Positions 63,214-64,000 of a stretch of 64,000 bases of DNA are shown here, in pieces; position 1 is the first letter of the stretch; the number at the start of each line of letters is the position of its first letter. The notes below the pieces were generated by a model. That model had not been told where the DNA came from. It saw only the letters and a list, made by a program, of their open reading frames with translations, and made no database searches. The DNA comes from Candidatus Hydrogenedentota bacterium (GTDB lineage: Bacteria; Hydrogenedentota; Hydrogenedentia; Hydrogenedentales; SLHB01), in NCBI GenBank assembly GCA_963745075.1, contig CAVUWV010000001.1:1-64000 (forward strand), given 5' to 3'. The position numbers were made by a program, and so were the translations under genes.

Positions 63214-63492
63214 TTGAGCATGGCTAAGCAGGAGAGGAAAGCAATGAGACGACAGAAGCAACCGTGTGCGCGATATGGAGTCGAAATCCGAAGCATGTCT
63301 CTGCATGCAGAAACGGACGATTTGGCGCGCATTGGCACGTTGCTGAACGGCCATGGCGGACGGGTTCGCGTGTTTGACAGGCAGACCCGGTCGTTACTAT
63401 TGGAAGGCACCGTTGAGGAAATACGCGAGGCGCTCGGTACATTACCCACACCGGGCGCAGAAGATCTGCGCCAAGAGCCGGAGGCGACGTGA
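63214..63492 (+). CDS. Small hypothetical protein
   Basis: ORF with AGGA RBS before the internal ATG; overlaps the next gene (GTGA). Confidence 0.5.
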   Translation: MSMAKQERKAMRRQKQPCARYGVEIRSMSLHAETDDLARIGTLLNGHGGRVRVFDRQTRSLLLEGTVEEIREALGTLPTPGAEDLRQEPEAT

Positions 63493-63836
63493 GGTCTGGG
63501 AATCCCTCAAAGATCGAAACCATCTATCACGATGATGGCGTTGAGGCGACGCGATCGGCGGCAGGATTCTTCATTAGTGTGCCCCGCCCGATCTCGGCAA
63601 ACCATCAACTCGGTATCGTGGCCGCACTGTGGGAAGTGTGGACGGCGGCCCGAAATGATGTCTGTGGCGCCGACCTGGAGTGGACAATCGATGTTTCTGA
63701 CCTCGATGAGCTAACGCTTCCTTTGAGCGCCGTCATGTCCGCGATTGACGCTGATCTCCGTTCGGTCGGGAGCGAGCTCTTGGTTGTTGGCGATCCGCAA
63801 GACCGAGTCAAGAGGCCTTTCAAAAGGACTGCTTAG
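63489..63836 (+). CDS. Hypothetical protein, divergent STAS-like
   Basis: IDVSDLDEL..SAVMSAIDADLRSVGSELLVVG resembles the STAS core; translationally coupled. Confidence 0.45.
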   Translation: MRSGNPSKIETIYHDDGVEATRSAAGFFISVPRPISANHQLGIVAALWEVWTAARNDVCGADLEWTIDVSDLDELTLPLSAVMSAIDADLRSVGSELLVVGDPQDRVKRPFKRTA

Positions 63837-64000
63837 CGCACGTCACGGCTGCAGAAGCGGGAGTGCAATCGGAGTTCGGAACGTGTATTGACTGGGTAGC
63901 AATCCATGGAATCGACGAATGTGACAAGGCAATTCTTCGATTCGATTGATTGACGGCCGAAAAAGGTATGACGTTCTGGTTGCGATCGAATAACCGCACG

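Noticed and set aside
1..64000. Frameshifts in kinase, ECF, permease, DoxX, sulfotransferase, C25, TPR, YXWGXW and 61650 genes as programmed frameshifting or phase variation
   Set aside because: They are scattered over unrelated genes with no shared slippery motif, so sequencing indels are the simpler explanation.

Overview
This is a bacterial window with three compositionally distinct blocks. (1) About 1-11.95 kb is very GC-rich. It carries an ECF sigma factor (TIGR02999-type) with a Ser/Thr kinase-TPR partner, a duplicated-permease ABC protein, PadR/DoxX, a Tat-exported SASA/CE6 esterase, a CPBP protease and several truncated gene remnants. (2) About 12-24 kb is a lower-GC, minus-strand surface-polysaccharide locus: truncated flippase, GT4, sulfotransferase, two lipoproteins sharing an unnamed ~135-aa domain, a C25 (gingipain/PorU-like) peptidase, DUF218 and a TPR protein. 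It is followed by a ~400-nt non-coding stretch rich in predicted helices. (3) About 24-64 kb is a signalling and general-stress island: YmgE, CsbD, three entericidin-like lipoproteins, DUF3185, DUF3309, lmo0937-like, two dodecins, rubrerythrin, AI-2E, PPK2, P3A H+-ATPase, GH130, HAD, OmpA-vWA, radical SAM, REC-adenylate cyclase, REC-HD-GYP, two PAS kinases, an OmpR-type regulator and PilT. The main finding is eleven copies of one 54-bp promoter architecture: four TTT(A/G)CC-like boxes at 11-bp period, then 9 nt, then a -10-like hexamer. Ten copies point into a downstream gene, which suggests an island-wide regulon, plausibly run by the OmpR-family regulator at 56.7 kb. A 3' tRNA-fMet remnant (att-like) lies at 46.6 kb. 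Many genes carry single-base frameshifts, probably sequencing errors. Family names come from motif recognition by eye, with no database searches.
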